DNA from: Spironucleus salmonicida
Taxonomy: Eukaryota
NCBI RefSeq assembly: GCF_000497125.1
Contig: NC_090601.1
Location: 744,001-808,000 of the forward strand
DNA length: 64,000 nucleotides
Reading direction: 5' to 3'
Below the pieces are notes generated by a model. That model did not search any database. It was not told where the DNA came from and saw only the letters and a list, made by a program, of their open reading frames with translations. Within the stretch, counting starts at the first letter, position 1, and every line of letters begins with the position of its first letter. Of the stretch, positions 36,101 through 50,489 are shown piece by piece. Made by a program: the position numbers and the translations under genes.

Positions 36101-38708
36101 CTTTAATATACTCGAACACCAATATTGTATTTACTATGCGACATTTTTGGGACTTGATTATTATTCTCGATCTACTACTTCATTAGGTGACTATAGATAA
36201 TCTCATTAGGATATGGTATTTAACTATTTAGTAGTTGATCCTCTCAAGCGTAATGATTTGCTTCCATAAATTTCAAAGTAAACATAAAATAAACTTTTAG
36301 ATCAATCTTTCTAATTAGAAGATTTTGACTATGATAAGTTGTACGAAAATAGTAAAGTCGTAAACCCGTTAAAATATCCTGATTTAGCTCCTCTTTAATA
36401 GCTGGTTATAGGCAATCATTATATTAGAAATGAGACCGGATGCTATAATTTAGAATATTGTAAGTAAACTTGTATTAACAGAGATAATTAATTTTTAAAA
36501 TGTGGGGAATAACCTAAATTGATATAATGTATATAATAATGTATTCAAGAGTTTAAATGTGATTATTAATCAAAATTTGTTATAAGAAATTAAAATATCA
36601 ATGTATTTAATACTTCCGCTTAAGCAATTTATCATTATAATATTGTAGGTAAAAATTCTCATATAAAGTTTAATGGAAATAATACACTACCTACTACAGA
36701 TATATTAAACTAGTTATACAATAATCTTTACTCATCTGGTATAGTAGAATTCAATAAATAAAATAGTAAGTATGTTAATATTTAAATCTCATTACTACTG
36801 CCATTAAACATATTTTGGTATGGTGCAAATGCATTAGAAGTTTAACTGGCAGACAATTTATCGTATAAATGTGATGGATTATATATTAACGAGACATAAC
36901 TATCATATATAAGAGCCAGAGGGATAGATAGGTCGATATGGATAAATGATACTATTGTGAGACTACCATGTAATCCTCCGGTTGTATTTTATGATATAGG
37001 AAATAATATGTTAACTCAACAAACCTCCGCATTATTTAGAAAGTATCTTTTTGCCAATTCAATCGATTATTCTCCTTGGAACTTCACTTATTCTATATAA
37101 TAGAGCGAGATGCCAGGTTTTTCGAATGTAAGCATTTAGCCGAATATGGAGATAAATAATTCTAATGAGATTACTAATTTAATAACAATAGTAGTTTTAC
37201 TGATAGGAGGCTTTTTGCCTCTATTTTTTACAGGCCAGCTTGCGGGTATGGATTGTGATAATGCAGTCAACAAACTCTTCCACTTCCACAATGTGAAGAT
37301 GACGCTATTGTTTCTTGCCCATTCGACATTTTACACCATTGTTGCTTTGATAATGGCGTTGGCTACGCTTCTGATTATTGCGATCATATGCTATCCCATT
37401 TTAGCAAATCTACCCAATCCGGGATTTGTAGTAGGCCTGTATATTATGCAGGCTCTAGCGTGTGTCCCAACTGGTATTTTGATGGGAAAGATTCTGAACT
37501 CCGGGAAGTATGCGGCTGTGGTATCGTTATTAATTACTATCTTTGCTGTCGTATTCTAGATAATGACAATAGCATCGGATTCATTTGCCCAGATAATCTC
37601 TATTGTGATACCGGCATATGGTTTCTGCTACATTATATCCTTGGTAATACATCATCAAGTGGTGTAATAGAAATTATATGTAACGATTTTTATCTCATAC
37701 TTTTTGTAGTTCTTTGTATTTTTCCTTGTCGCATAGAAAAACAGAATTATGTTCATCATAAAAGTGATCCTAAAATTTAAAAAGACTAGGTCTGAGGTTG
37801 CTCTTCTAGATACGCATGTGATCGAGTATTATGGCGACGCTAGCTTCTTCGACGTATAAAATGTTACGCATTAGTATGAAAGATCCTAATTTGCGCTTAA
37901 GGACGTGTCCTTTTCAGTGAAAGAGAACTGCGTGTTTGGGCTTCTGGGTTCGAACGGGTCGGGGAAGAGCACCCTTATGCACTCCTTCGCGGGAATCATA
38001 TAGATTGATCAAGGTGCAGCGGTAATTGGTCCATATGACCTTTATAAAACATACCACAAGTACAAGAGCTTCACCATGGTGCCGCAGCACGATATATTTT
38101 ATGAAAGTCTCACCATTTCCTAAATTGTGCAGCTATTCTCCATTTTCAACGAAACCAGCCAAGTGGATCAAATTTTGGAGCTACTGGACCTGAGCGCTAT
38201 CAGGAATGCTCTGATTTCCTCGCTTTCTGGAGGAATTCGTCGAAAGCTATCTCTCGCAATCGCTCTGACTAGCAAGGCAAATATAATCGCATTGGACGAG
38301 CCCTCGACAGGTTTGGGTGCGCTTACTAAATAGGTAATTCAGGTTGCCACCTAGAAGCTGATTCATCTAGGTAAAACCGTTATCATCACTACGCACGACC
38401 TGAGCGAGGTGGCTTAACTGGTCGACGATGTTGTTTTGCTGAAAGACGGTCGCATTAACTACTGCGGCAGTGTGGACAACATGCGGGAGAAAAATTGCTT
38501 CCAGGTGCAAATTTCTGTGAGGCGTGATGAATTTAGGGTCAAATTTGCGTAATACACTAGAGGCGAGAGGGACGATTACTTCGTCCTATTTGGGCTGAAG
38601 ATGAGCCGGGTGGTCTAGTGGGCGATTGACAACGAAGTAGCATCGGAAAGCTATGATGTATGCGAGATAGACTTGGAGGAGGACTTCATGCGCTTGATCG
38701 GGGAGTGA
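33102..38708 (+). CDS. full-length ABC transporter, ABCA-like (TMD-NBD-TMD-NBD, ~1868 aa)
   Basis: Track ORFs 33873, 35229, 37146 and 38127 share one frame. NBD1 GETSAGKST, LSGGMLRRL, FDEISAGVD, LTTHDMTE; NBD2 GSNGSGKST, LSGGIRRKLS, LDEPSTG, ITTHDLSE; large loop after the first TM of each half. Not every codon was checked for TGA. Confidence 0.9.
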
Positions 38709-39713
38709 AAAATGTTTTAGTGGAGTTGGTGGCATGGGAAGCTACATACGCCAAACTAATTACCTTCTGCTATCAAAAGTATAAATTTATCGATAACACT
38801 AAATTTTAGAGGACTTCCGGTACCAGAGAGTGAAAATTTGGCATCAATATGATTATACATTATAATTGTGCATCAATATCCTAGTAAATTCTATGTTATG
38901 CAATTTCGTAATTAGCTTCGAAATGCTTACCAAATTCATGCTTTATAAATGTATAATCTTAATCTAACACTATTCAGTTAATCAGTCGCTAGATAAATAT
39001 CTATCATTAATTGATCCCTGAAATATTAGCATAATAGTGACAAGGTAATTCCTTTAATCTTAGTTAATAACATCAATACACCAATAAGCTGCAAATTTTG
39101 TACTAGTACTTGCGTTAACCCATTATTACTAAAGTTACACATTTTGACTAATTATAAGATTATTATTTAATATAAATGATTATAGTAATAGGCCTATCAA
39201 TAAAATAAGTAAATTATCTATATAGTTATGAATATTCTATTAATTATTTACTTATTCAATTTATTAATAATTATTCACTAAATATATATTTGGTGGTAAT
39301 ATTCAAAAAATCGTATGTGTGAGTTTCTAACTGTGTACCTATATTAAATATAGTTAACTGTAGTATTAGTTTCATAATATATTAAGCAGTCTCAATTATA
39401 TACAACAGCTTAATGCCAAAATCATATATGTAATGCGTTTTTATATTTAAAAAATTATTGATATTATTATTAAAATCATTATTTATGTTAATCTAAAATA
39501 GAGCTAATAAGTATACTTAGTCAAAATATTTTCTGCTAGTAAAAATAGAATAAAATGTTAAATTCTGCTTTAAATATATATGATAATCAACTATTCTGTA
39601 AATAATTAAAACTTCTAAATACTGCTTTATATACATACTATAAACTCATAGTAGAAACGAAAGTTTTATTATCACCTGTACAACTAATAAATCATCTTAA
39701 ACTTTATTAAATA

Positions 39714-40001
39714 ATGGGAAACTGTATTACCAAACTATAAGAACGACCATAAAATGCTAAATTTAAGTAGTTCTGGCATAAAGCAAATACTAACTATAAG
39801 AAAATAGGATATCTAGACAACTGTCATGTTGCAACTGAAAGTTGTACCTCCCAGGGAGGTGTCACTCAACTTATAAACTATTCTATGATAAACTTGTCAA
39901 TATAGGAAGCTGAAAGCCTGTCAATCCAAGATCCACGCACTGGTCTACACAGCCTACGACAGTCCTTTGACGGTGTCAGTATGCTCGAAACTTGCATGTG
40001 A
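39714..40001 (+). CDS. small N-myristoylation/palmitoylation-motif protein, family member 2 (95 aa)
   Basis: MGNCITKLQ...IQDPRTGLHSLRQSFDGVSMLETCM*; paralog of 9355-9627. Confidence 0.8.
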
Positions 40002-40320
40002 AATACGATTTAATAAGTAGTTTATTTATTTAACTTGCTATTATAAATCATATTACTTATACTAGCTATACTGCTATTGCAACTTATTTATGTGCCTTAA
40101 TTATATTGTTCTATTACAATCAGTAAAGTTATACAGATAAAAGTTTTCAACTCCGTATCTTTACCATCAAATTATCATTATAGCACTAACTACCCAATCT
40201 TAACACCCTTTCGCATCTTTTCCTACTATTAGATCTTCATCACTAGCCAAAATACACAAAATAACTTATTATTATATCCTTACTATGTTATTATTTCCAC
40301 CACACCAATTCCTACCAAAA

Positions 40321-42342
40321 ATGCAGTAACTCTATCAGGTCCCTGAAGGCCAGCTCACGCGCACTATCTACAAGCACATTGAAAACCAAGAGTTCGACGA
40401 GGCTATCAACGTCCTGAAGCTCCAGCTTCAGATGTTCCCCAACAACTCGCCAGCGTGCTCCATTTTAGCCTACTGCTACTACCACAAGGGCGAATTCGAC
40501 CTCGCAATTCCTCTCTACGAGCAACTGGTCAAGAAATACCCAGACTCCGAGCGCTACCAGCTATCGCTAGCGAACTCGCGCTACAAGGCCGATATGCTCG
40601 TCGAGGCGCTCCAGCTCAAAATCGACTCGCACGACGCGGACGTTCTGAGGGCGTACTGCAAGCACGATATCGACGATTCTAACGCCCTCCAGAACCTCGT
40701 CGAAAAGCTCACAAAATCGCCCACCGACGACCCGCGCGTCTTCGCTCTGAAGGCCAATTTGCTCCTCAAACAGGAAAAGTTCCAGGAGGCCATCGACCTC
40801 TACGACGCAGCGAACGAAATATGCCCGGACCCGCGAATTTTCTACGCAAAAGCCGTCGCTTTCTACCGCCAAAGCGACTACCCGCACTGCCTGAAAACGC
40901 TCGGCGATTTGGTCGATTTGAGCGCCAAGAAGTACCCGGAACTCGTCCAGGCGGCGCAGAGCTTCAACGGCGCAGGAGAAGTGGAAAGTCAAACTGTAAT
41001 TCAGAATCTGAACCATTTGCTCGGTTCTGCGCTCATCGACGCCTTCAACTTAAAGGCGTCAATTGAGTGGAATTTGGGCGACGAATACGCCGCAAATCGC
41101 GCTCTGAAGAGCATGCCGTATCGCAAAGAGGAGGATTTGGATCCTGTTACACTGCACAATTTGGCGCTCAGCGAGATGATGCATTAGCCGAGTTAGGCCG
41201 TCAAAAAGCTCCAATTTCTGATTCAGGTGCCGCCTTTTCCGGTGGAGGCATTTCAGAACTTGATAAATATCTACATTCAGCACGGTTTGTTCGATCTGGC
41301 GGCTGATTTGATGGCTGAAAATTAGCAGCTGAGCCAGGCGAGTTTGGAGCCCGAAAAGCAAGCATTTTTCTAGGCAGTCGTTTAGAGCATCGCGAGCCCA
41401 GAAGAAGCGTATTCGCAGTTGGATCAGCTGAAGCAGAGATATGCTAATCAGCTTAGACGAATTCGTTAGGAAATCACGCAAACGCGCTCAAAATCGTCCA
41501 AAAACAAGCAAGCGGCGGACGAATTTACCGGAAGATTCAACACGAACGAGGCGAAAACGATGTCTAAAGAGGAGATTGCGGTCAACACGCTGCTGCAGCA
41601 ATATGAACAAAAGCTCGGGATCTTCATTCCCGTGATTACCTGGCAAACGTCGATTTTGTACAATTTGAAGCGCTACAAAGGCGCGTATCACATTATTTGC
41701 CAATACGAAGATTTGATCGAGGATCACCCCTCCTACAAGATCAATTAGGCCAATATTCTATTTGCCAATGAAGATTACGCGGACGCGCTCGAAAAGTACC
41801 AGGAGGTCGTCGATACGCTCGGCCAGGAGAACATTTTAGACGTTCCGGCCATCGCGGTGGCGAATCTCTGCGTTTGTTACGTGTTGAACTCTCAGAACAA
41901 CTTAGCCGAGCAGCTGATGCAGAAGGTGGACACAGCGCAGACATAAATAACGAACGTTTCGCCTGAATCGTCGAACCAGCTCCTGCATTTGTCGATAACG
42001 AACATCGTGCTGGGCGCACTCTACGCGATCAATCAGAACATGCCGTTCGGTATTAGGCGTATAATTGCGGCCATGGAGCCCACGAGCGAGAAGCTCAGCC
42101 CCGACTCTTGGCTGTACGTCAAAAGGCCGCTCGTGAGCCTCGCGGAGGCCTGCTCGATGAATCTGGGCGGCCCCGCCGAGGAGCAGCTCATCGACCATGT
42201 TCTGCTGTTCCTGGACGAGGTCATCAAATACGGCGAGGAAATGAGCATTAACCCCACGGCAGTCGGGTTCGCGGGTGTGACTGAAAAGAACATCAGCGAG
42301 GAGGCCAGGGCGCTCAAATCAATCTATTTGCAGTTGATGTGA
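40321..42342 (+). CDS. IFT70: intraflagellar transport protein 70 (TTC30/fleer/DYF-1), 673 aa
   Basis: QVPEGQLTRTIY, SILAYCYY, DAFNLKASIE, MPYRKEEDLDPVTLHNLAL, PPFPVEAFQNL, LHLSITNIVLGALY, EEARALK are TTC30 signature stretches. Confidence 0.93.
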
Positions 42343-42364
42343 TGGCTTAATTTTGAAATTTTGT

Positions 42365-42631
42365 TCACTCGGCGGAGGCTTCGCTCAAGTATATGAGCTC
42401 TTCGCCTTCTAGAAGCGAAATCGCGCTAAAAATTGACTGGATAGGGCTCAGGTCGATCCTGTTCGCCTCGTCGTCACGGTAGAATGAGGTGGTGTTGTTC
42501 TTGGTTTCAGGGCAGAAAACGAGCTATTTTATTGCACTTTCGCTATTAGCTACATCACTTGTATCACACGATTTTTCCAGCTCACTCAGAGCATCTGCCA
42601 TGGCCTCTACGTATGACTTGCTGGCTCCCAT
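42365..42631 (-). CDS. small N-myristoylation-motif protein, divergent family member 3 (88 aa)
   Basis: MGASKSYVEAMA...NRIDLSPIQSIFSAISLLEGEELIYLSEASAE*; stop in GAGTGA context. Confidence 0.7.
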
Positions 42632-43060
42632 TTAATAATTTAAAATGTCGACTTTATTATGTCAGAGTAAGCGATTCTAGATGGCAAAGTACATAATCCA
42701 TAGAAATTTTTACGACTCCAAAATGTATATAACTTTCAATAAGTAACTGTTTATTATTAGAAAAAAGCCGTAAAAGTCATTTGATAATAATTCTTCATAA
42801 TAAGCTGTGCTTGTTAAATAAAATGTTTGATAACGCTATAGAACTAAGAGGAAATTAAAATTTTGTATCAATAATATTAATGAGGCTGAGATAGATATCT
42901 ATATATAATTTAAATGGGAAAGTAGGTTAAATAACCAATTTTAATCTTTGCAAGATTTAGGCGTAATTGAATTAGGAGTTACTTTTAATAGTGTATATCA
43001 ATAATATAAACTATTGAAATTCTATATCACTCATTTAAATATGGGATCTCGCCTAACACT

Positions 43061-43210
43061 TCACGGCAGGTAGTCGGCAACGCAAAGGTCGCCTCTGGGG
43101 CTCTGCCGTTCGTAGTAGGCCTTCAAATTATGATATGCCTCAGGGCTGAGCCTGGTTTGCTGGAGGATGGCGTTGACGGTCAGGTCGTGGGCTAGCCGGA
43201 TGCTGTCCAT
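43061..43210 (-). CDS. 49-aa microprotein, copy 2
   Basis: MDSIRLAHDLTVNAILQQTRLSPEAYHNLKAYYERQSPRGDLCVADYLP*; same length, start and stop position as 11997-12146. Confidence 0.65.
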   Translation of the reverse strand: MDSIRLAHDLTVNAILQQTRLSPEAYHNLKAYYERQSPRGDLCVADYLP

Positions 43211-44420
43211 TTTTTTTGTGTAGTAGGCTGGACCCTATATATACTTTATTGTTGTATTGGAAATGTAGATATTAAAAATTATGAGTATTCCTGAAATGAT
43301 GTATATCTTGATAATTTATACTAATACTTCTTTTTTGTTGTTTATGCTGTGTAATAAAATAATACATAATGAGTATTAATAAGATACATTTTGCAAAGAA
43401 GCCGATTAGTGATTACAATACAACTATTCAGCTTAACAATATTTTTATTTGCTACTTAATATAGTTATTACTGGTGCTGGCGAACCTTTCCGATAAATTA
43501 CTTCAATTATTAGTGTATTATACTATAATCAGTATATTCATTTTAGAAATGCATAATTTTATTATGAGTACTATCCTTGGCCCACACCCAGTAAATAATT
43601 CTAATATTATCACTGTAAGCTTGTATATACTTAATAAACAAAAATCTAGCTCTTGTCTGAGTTTGTTACTCAGCCTAGTACTTGCTAGTTCTTCAAATTC
43701 AGTATGATCACTTTACGCGTTATACAATAAAGTATTACGGACCGATACATATAAGATCGTATACAATAGATAAATAATTATTTTGTTTATAATTATAGTG
43801 ATATTATTGCTAACTAAACTTGTAAAGTATAATGAGAGGTAACATTCAAGGTTTTTAAATACGCTTATATATCAAACCTGTATTAAATGGTAATTGTTGA
43901 TTTTATTGTATAAATTATATTATTATTCTAACGGACTCATTATAAACTCAATCATTTACTTAACCTTCAGAAACAAAAATGAAAATTTTATCTAAACGTT
44001 TTTCGATATAAATACCTAAGCTGATTGGATTCCTAGTAGACTAAATATATCATAGAGCCAACATAGTGGTTGATATCTCAGATAAATTTACGGAAGCATA
44101 GCGTCCAGTATTTCCCTAGTTGGTCATACCGCACTGTAGTTCTAAATTCAGGACTTATTGGCTGGCAATGACCATTTATGCAGCACAGTCGTATGCACAT
44201 GAAATAAGGGTAGCCATACCTAATGGGGGGCTAGCCGATTTAAATTAACTATCCTACTAATTCAGTTACTAGTATCAAAATAAGCACTTAGGTCTTAGTA
44301 GGCATAGAAGAAGTTAACGACAATCCCAGTTAAGATTTATCACTTAGTACTTATTTGCGGTTTATAATTGATAAACCAAGTTCGCCCAACGTTAAGTCAA
44401 GCCAATCTAAAAGTAAAATA

Positions 44421-45389
44421 TCACTTCTTACCTTTCTTGACGAAGTAGTAAGCCAGACCGCCGCCCACTGCGCCGACGACCACTAGGACCGCGATCACGA
44501 TGCCCGCCACGGCGCCCCCGGAGAGCTTGTTGGATGAGGATGGGTCTACGTCATTAAAGCAGAATTCGCCTACCTTGGAATAGCCAGGGGCGCATTCATC
44601 GCATTTATTCTCTTTGAGGACGTACCCGGGCAGGCAGGTGCCGCAGGTGGTGGGGGCCTTGGGTTTGCAGGCAGATTCGTCAAAATCGTAGTTAGTGTCA
44701 TCAATGCAGCCAGTGCATACTCCCTTAGCTCCATCAGCACAGGTGCACAGGGTGTCGGTGCAGGTTCCTGGGGCGGGTACGGGAACGACGGGGCAGGCGA
44801 GGCAGTTCTTGGCATCAGCGCCACAATTGCATGCGGTCTGCTACCCAGCAGTTCCACAGGAAGCGGCAGCAGAACTTATACAGGTCTTATTTACAGGTAA
44901 ATTCGCACAAGGTGCGGTGCAGGTCTGGTCGGTGTTCATCTCGTCGGTGTTCTTGCAAGTGATGCACTTAGTGAGGCTGCTGCAGTTGCCGCAGGTGGCG
45001 GCGCAATCCGAGCAGACGTTTCCGGTGGCCTTGATCTCGCAAAACTTAGTATCTGCACAAGGTTTTGTGTCGTCGCACGCGTTTACGATGGCGCCTTTGG
45101 CAACACAGGCATCAGCCTTAACTTCATATCCTTCGGCGCAGGCAGTGCACTTGTCGGCGGCAGAGCAAGTAGTGCAGTTTGCGGAGCAGGCCTTGCACTC
45201 GTTGGCGTCCAGAAAGAATGTGGTCTTGCAGCCGGTGCAGGTGTCGGGAGCAGCGGCAATGCAGAGATTACAGTTTCCGATTGTAGAGGTGCAGTCGACG
45301 CAGTCAGCTGGGATAGCGTTTGTAGCATCAACGGGACATGCCTTCATCTCTGGGCAAACTTTTTCAGCGTTATCGCACTTTTCATCCAT
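44421..45389 (-). CDS. cysteine-rich membrane protein, type a (322 aa)
   Basis: N-terminal ~105 aa almost identical to 23453; tail VKKGKK*. Confidence 0.92.
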
Positions 45390-48300
45390 TCTTGGAGTTT
45401 TAATAAAGATGCGGTTTCAAAAAAATTCCCTCTATTAGTTAATTATATACCTGAAGATAATTGCAAAAAATAAAAGTTACTAGTATTACCTTATTGCCCG
45501 TTTTATTACTTCAGAAAAACTATATTAATATAACTAATAGCATTAATTAATGATATATAAAATGTAATATAATTTGCATAAGTTGTGAGTATAATATATA
45601 ATACCAAATTACTTTCACATCACAATACCAAAAACAGGTATTATGCAGAAATACACACTAATGTGCACATATTAGGTGGAAACAAGTTCGCGGATAAGGC
45701 GTGCAACAACATTGGGAAAATGGGGAGGGTAGTAGGAGTTGGAATTCAGGTACGTAAATTGAGTATACTTGGCCCACTAGCCACAAGGAGCACATATAGT
45801 TAAACATTTCAAGTTCAGTTAAAGGCTTAGAAACTAGCCAGCCCACCAGCTATCGCTACATAGACGATCGCTGAATCGGTGCATCTAAAATATTGCAGCG
45901 CCTCGAAACTAATCAGCAGGTCAGTTTACCCCACTGTGCTTCCTTTCCCATCTACAGCACCACCCTACCAGCGCCTCCCTACTTGGTCGCACGGGTGGCC
46001 AAAGCCGTGTTCGCAGCGGAGCACATTTTCCCGAACCATCTGCAGCTTCATTTCCACTAACCTCATAATCAACTCAGCACCACTGCAGCATCGCCAAGGC
46101 CGCAGAACCACTTCGGCTCCCAGTTAGCCAGCAGTCATTCTGCGAGATAAAGTATACTTGTATTATATACTATATAAACATTTTCTTGGATTTCTTATTT
46201 TTCCATTCTCTGCTGCCATGCCTTCTGACGCCCAGCAGCTACAATAATTTGATAGCATAGCAATCAAAGTCATTATATTATGTTTTCACATAACTTAAAT
46301 TCCAGGCGTGCAGGCTGCGACTGCTGCTTTAAAATTTATGTGGCTCCCCACTGCAATTTTACCAAATTGGCTGATTAGCTGCATGCGATAGGCTGTGTAC
46401 TACTATGCTAATTTTCTAATCTCACGTCAAACATTATTTAAACCCTCCAACCGGCTCCTGGTACTGCCCTAGATAAGCACCCTCCGTTCAAGGTTCAGCG
46501 TACCGTGATAGTTTGGGAAGTGCAGTTTTGATACACTAAATAGGTGTAGAAGGAATGTAAGGCATATCCTGTATCTCATCCAAAAATGGGTAGATTTATT
46601 TTTCTGACTAAAAGCTACCGATTTGCTCGAAGCGTATCCACGATGGGCTAAGCGTTGCAGGCATGAGAGATGCGCTACTGAGGGAAGATACTTACATATG
46701 TGCACTTTTACGCACGTGATAAAATTCAAGTTACTACCAAATGGAGCATTAGGATTATTTTTAACTGAGGAAAGCTTATTTTAACCTGGTGGATTGGTAG
46801 TGCTGAAAGCTATTAAATTGGCGCCATCATGTTATTTATATGCCTTACAGCAGTAAGTAAGTTCCAGAAGGTAGTGTTTTATTAGTTCCCCCAACGGGCA
46901 GAACTTCAGATACAAGTAATATTATCAACCCAGCAATTCCAGAACTGTCTGATAAAGCATATTAAATTTTATCTCGAACTCCGCTCCAAAGCGCACATAG
47001 GACCTCGAAATTCCCAGAATCCGTACCGCGCTCTCCTGCCCTCTTCTTATCTCACAAAACCAACTCCGCTCCAATTAACCTGAAAGCAAGAAAACTGTAA
47101 ATTTAGGGCTAGGTCCACGAAAGTGCAGCCAGCATTTCCCTCTGAATTCGACCTGCACAGACACTTTTTAGCATCAAACCGAGAATGAATTCTAGAATTT
47201 CTTTGCTAATGCGGCGCATTGGCGGGTGCAATGCACGATTTACGTCAATTTGAGCAGTTTGTGCACTTCCAACTCGGCATCTTTTCCCTTCCACATAAAC
47301 TATCGTATCTATTAATTACAATCTCCGCCACTCTAAATAGTCATTACAAGCTTCAGCTGCAGACGCTGCTGGTTAGTTTATTAGAGGTTATCGTATCTGG
47401 TCACCACGAAGAGCGATCATGCAAATGCCGCCCATGGAAGCGATTCAGCGACGTTCTCTTAGCAGGTGCTCGGAGCGCGGAACGGAATGAACTAGACAGC
47501 ATTTTCTGGAGTTTTTGCGGTTTCTGGTTTTGGGTGTGCAGGGGAGCGACGGGAGGATTTTGGACGGTCTGGTGTAACTGGGTGATGCAGGGTGGTTGGA
47601 GGGTCATAATTGCGATTTGGGTATATTGGACACAGCTGCGACTCGCCGGGTGTTACGCGTCCGGAGGGTGGAAAAGAGGACGCCGTGGGCTGGCAAGGCG
47701 TTTAGTAGATTTGGGAAATACTAAGAATACCCATATTACGATCAATATTGCATATTATAATTATGGAACGTGCGTCTAAATGGCTTGATTTCGATACCAT
47801 CTGGATATGACTCGCGCGCTGCCGAATTGATGCTCTAGAGTATATTGTACCATAAGTAATAAATTTTCCACTTCATTCGTAAAAATGAAACCTCTGCTAG
47901 GTATTTTGCGGTTTTCTTCTAGCTATTAGGCATATAAGGTTTCTGGGTAAGGTGCTATGTGTTCCAGCTCACTTTTCGACCAATGAACTGAATATTGTCA
48001 TATTTGCAATTGGGTAGATGAAAAACTTGTGGCTGTTATTGTTCCTGAGTACAATCGTGTTGCGCGCTAGTGCAGCATGAATCTAGATTCTATCTTGGAA
48101 ATTTTGGCTCAATTTGTGTACTAAGATCATTTGCTTGCAATGTTGCGTTAAAGCGATATTTTTATCCGTAAATATGCATTAGTATAATCATAGAACTATC
48201 ATCTAATTATCTAATGCAAACTCAAGCAAATCGCATAACTAGCCATCCCATTTAGCCTATAATTTACTATTTATACCCTATTTGAGCAATCTCTACAGCC

Positions 48301-48582
48301 TAAATAGCTGGCTCTCAAGCATCAGGCCTACCATAATTTCTGCGAGATCAAGTTTATTAGCCTTTCTAGTAAATTGTTCCCAACCATAACTTTCACCATC
48401 ACATCATGATCAACCTAATATTTTCCCTAATATCATATATGTGCAGCTGTCCTTTCCCCCTTCTGGTACTCTGACTCTGAGCTATTTTATCACACTTACT
48501 GCTTTCCATCAATGATACCCATTCTATTTATTCCTGATATCTGGTATCAAACATCCTTCCTCCTCCCTAAAGACTCTGAAGG

Positions 48583-50112
48583 TCACAGAAAATCAAATAT
48601 TATCACCCATTTAACATCAGCTGCGCCTTCATCATCTATATTTTTACCTACAGGGCTTTCCACGATCGCATACCCGAGCACCGCGATCTGAAAACTAAAC
48701 CATGTCGCACCGATAAGCACAACCAGGATCTGCTCCCAGTAGATTTATGGAAGTCGGGCGCTTAGAACTAGGTTATCTGCCAGGAACTTATGGTCAATGG
48801 TCACATACAGCGCCGCCGGTTTCTCGTGCAGCTAGTTCGTTCGATTTTACATTAGTTATCTCGTAGCAGTACTGCCCGCCTACATCTGAAGGCCGCTGCT
48901 CCCACACGAACTAGTAGGGGACACCGCGATCATTGTCACAGAGATGGTCTGGTTTCGGTCCACCCAGGGGATCGGCTGGGCCGCTATGGAAGTGGAACGG
49001 TCGAACAAAATTAGGGTTGGGCTGCGGTACATCCCCTGTGTCGCTTATCTTGGAGTCTTCTTCAAGTAGAGTGGTATCCTCCCTGGTATACTAGATATAG
49101 AGGTACTAGGCGCTCCGCCTGCCGTCCATCGCGATGGTGAGGTTCCCGCCGAACTCGGTGGCGTTCTCCGCATTCGCAGTATTCAGTATTACGCTCCCGT
49201 TCCACTCTGGCAGGCTGGGCACCTCGCTGACCAATTTGTAAAACTGCGTCGTGACGCCCTGGATCTGCAGCAGAGCGCGGTCGTAGACGTGTTGCTGGCA
49301 GTTCACCGCACCCGCGTTGGCGGCGAAGGTGACGTTCACATGGTCCTGGAAGGCGCTCAGCGAGATGACCGAGTAGCAGTCGGCGTCACCTTCTAGCTCT
49401 TCTACCAGCGCTTCACCGGTGAGGTAGGTGGCAGAGGCGACCGGCATGTCGACTGCGGCGGTCTTTCCGGTATTCCTCTCCACCGCGACCGCGAGCTGGA
49501 AGTGGACCGCGCTCTCCAGATTGCTGTTCGCCACGTTGAGCACCTCCCCGTTCACGACGAGCTGCACCCACGGGCAGTCCTGGGGCACGCTCCCTATCGG
49601 GGGCTTGCACTTCCTGCGCGCCATCAGCGCCCTCACGGCGTCGGAAAGCTGCAGCAGGCAGAGGAACGGGGCCCGGTGAAGACTATCTTCTCGGGGAAGT
49701 AGCGAATAGTGTAGCCGAGCAGGCAGCTCCGCGCGCCAAGAGACTGCACCAGGTAGATGCCGGGCGAGAACGCCATCTGGACCTGCTCGGCGTGGAAGTC
49801 GAACTGGATACTCGCTATGGAGGCCAGGGCCGCATCCTGGCACGCCCGCTGCCGACCTTGCTAGCACGCGCGGCAGCTATCTGCATCCAGCGGCAGTGCA
49901 GAGGGCGGTGGGCACTCGAGGCGGAGCACCAGCGGGCTCGTGGCCGAGAAGGCGATGCTGCTGGCGACGAACACCGTTCGCCCCAACGTGAGGGTGGGAA
50001 CCGCGAACCGGCCGTCCAGGTAGCGGCAGATGGCGGACTGTAACGCCAGTGGCTGCGCCGTGAAAGCGGAGGGGGCCGAGTCGAAGCAGGTGAACTGCAA
50101 AAGGTGGAGCAT
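48583..50112 (-). pseudogene. frameshifted membrane-protein pseudogene, copy B (105-nt internal deletion)
   Basis: Reverse complement of 58483-60012; paralog of 18624-20259. Confidence 0.8.
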
Positions 50113-50489
50113 TGAGTCTTGCGTAATAGTGAAGAACCAGTAAAATTTATAGGCTTGCCTATATTAATACTTGCGAAAATGTATTTTTAGGTGCAAAATA
50201 ATAGAATCCAGATAGTAAAAAGTGTATATTAAATATACTTATTATCGTAAAATAAAAGGCTATCATAGCGAAACTAAATTTTACTGTTTCCATTGAAAAT
50301 GATTCTAATGGAGTGACAACAACTATTATTGATAGAACAACGCATTTTTCTCGCAATAATCAATTTAGGTTAGCGATATTTGGAGTAAAAATTATAAAGT
50401 CATTTGTAGTATATATTAGGGTTGGGTAAAGAGATTTAAGTTTTGTTGAAGGAATTTGTAAAAGTGGAAACATTCATTCTAATACTAGG

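Noticed and set aside
45585-46510. Long code-6 open frame in the cassette spacer
   Set aside because: No protein-like features, and copy C carries a 1-nt indel within it (~62400).
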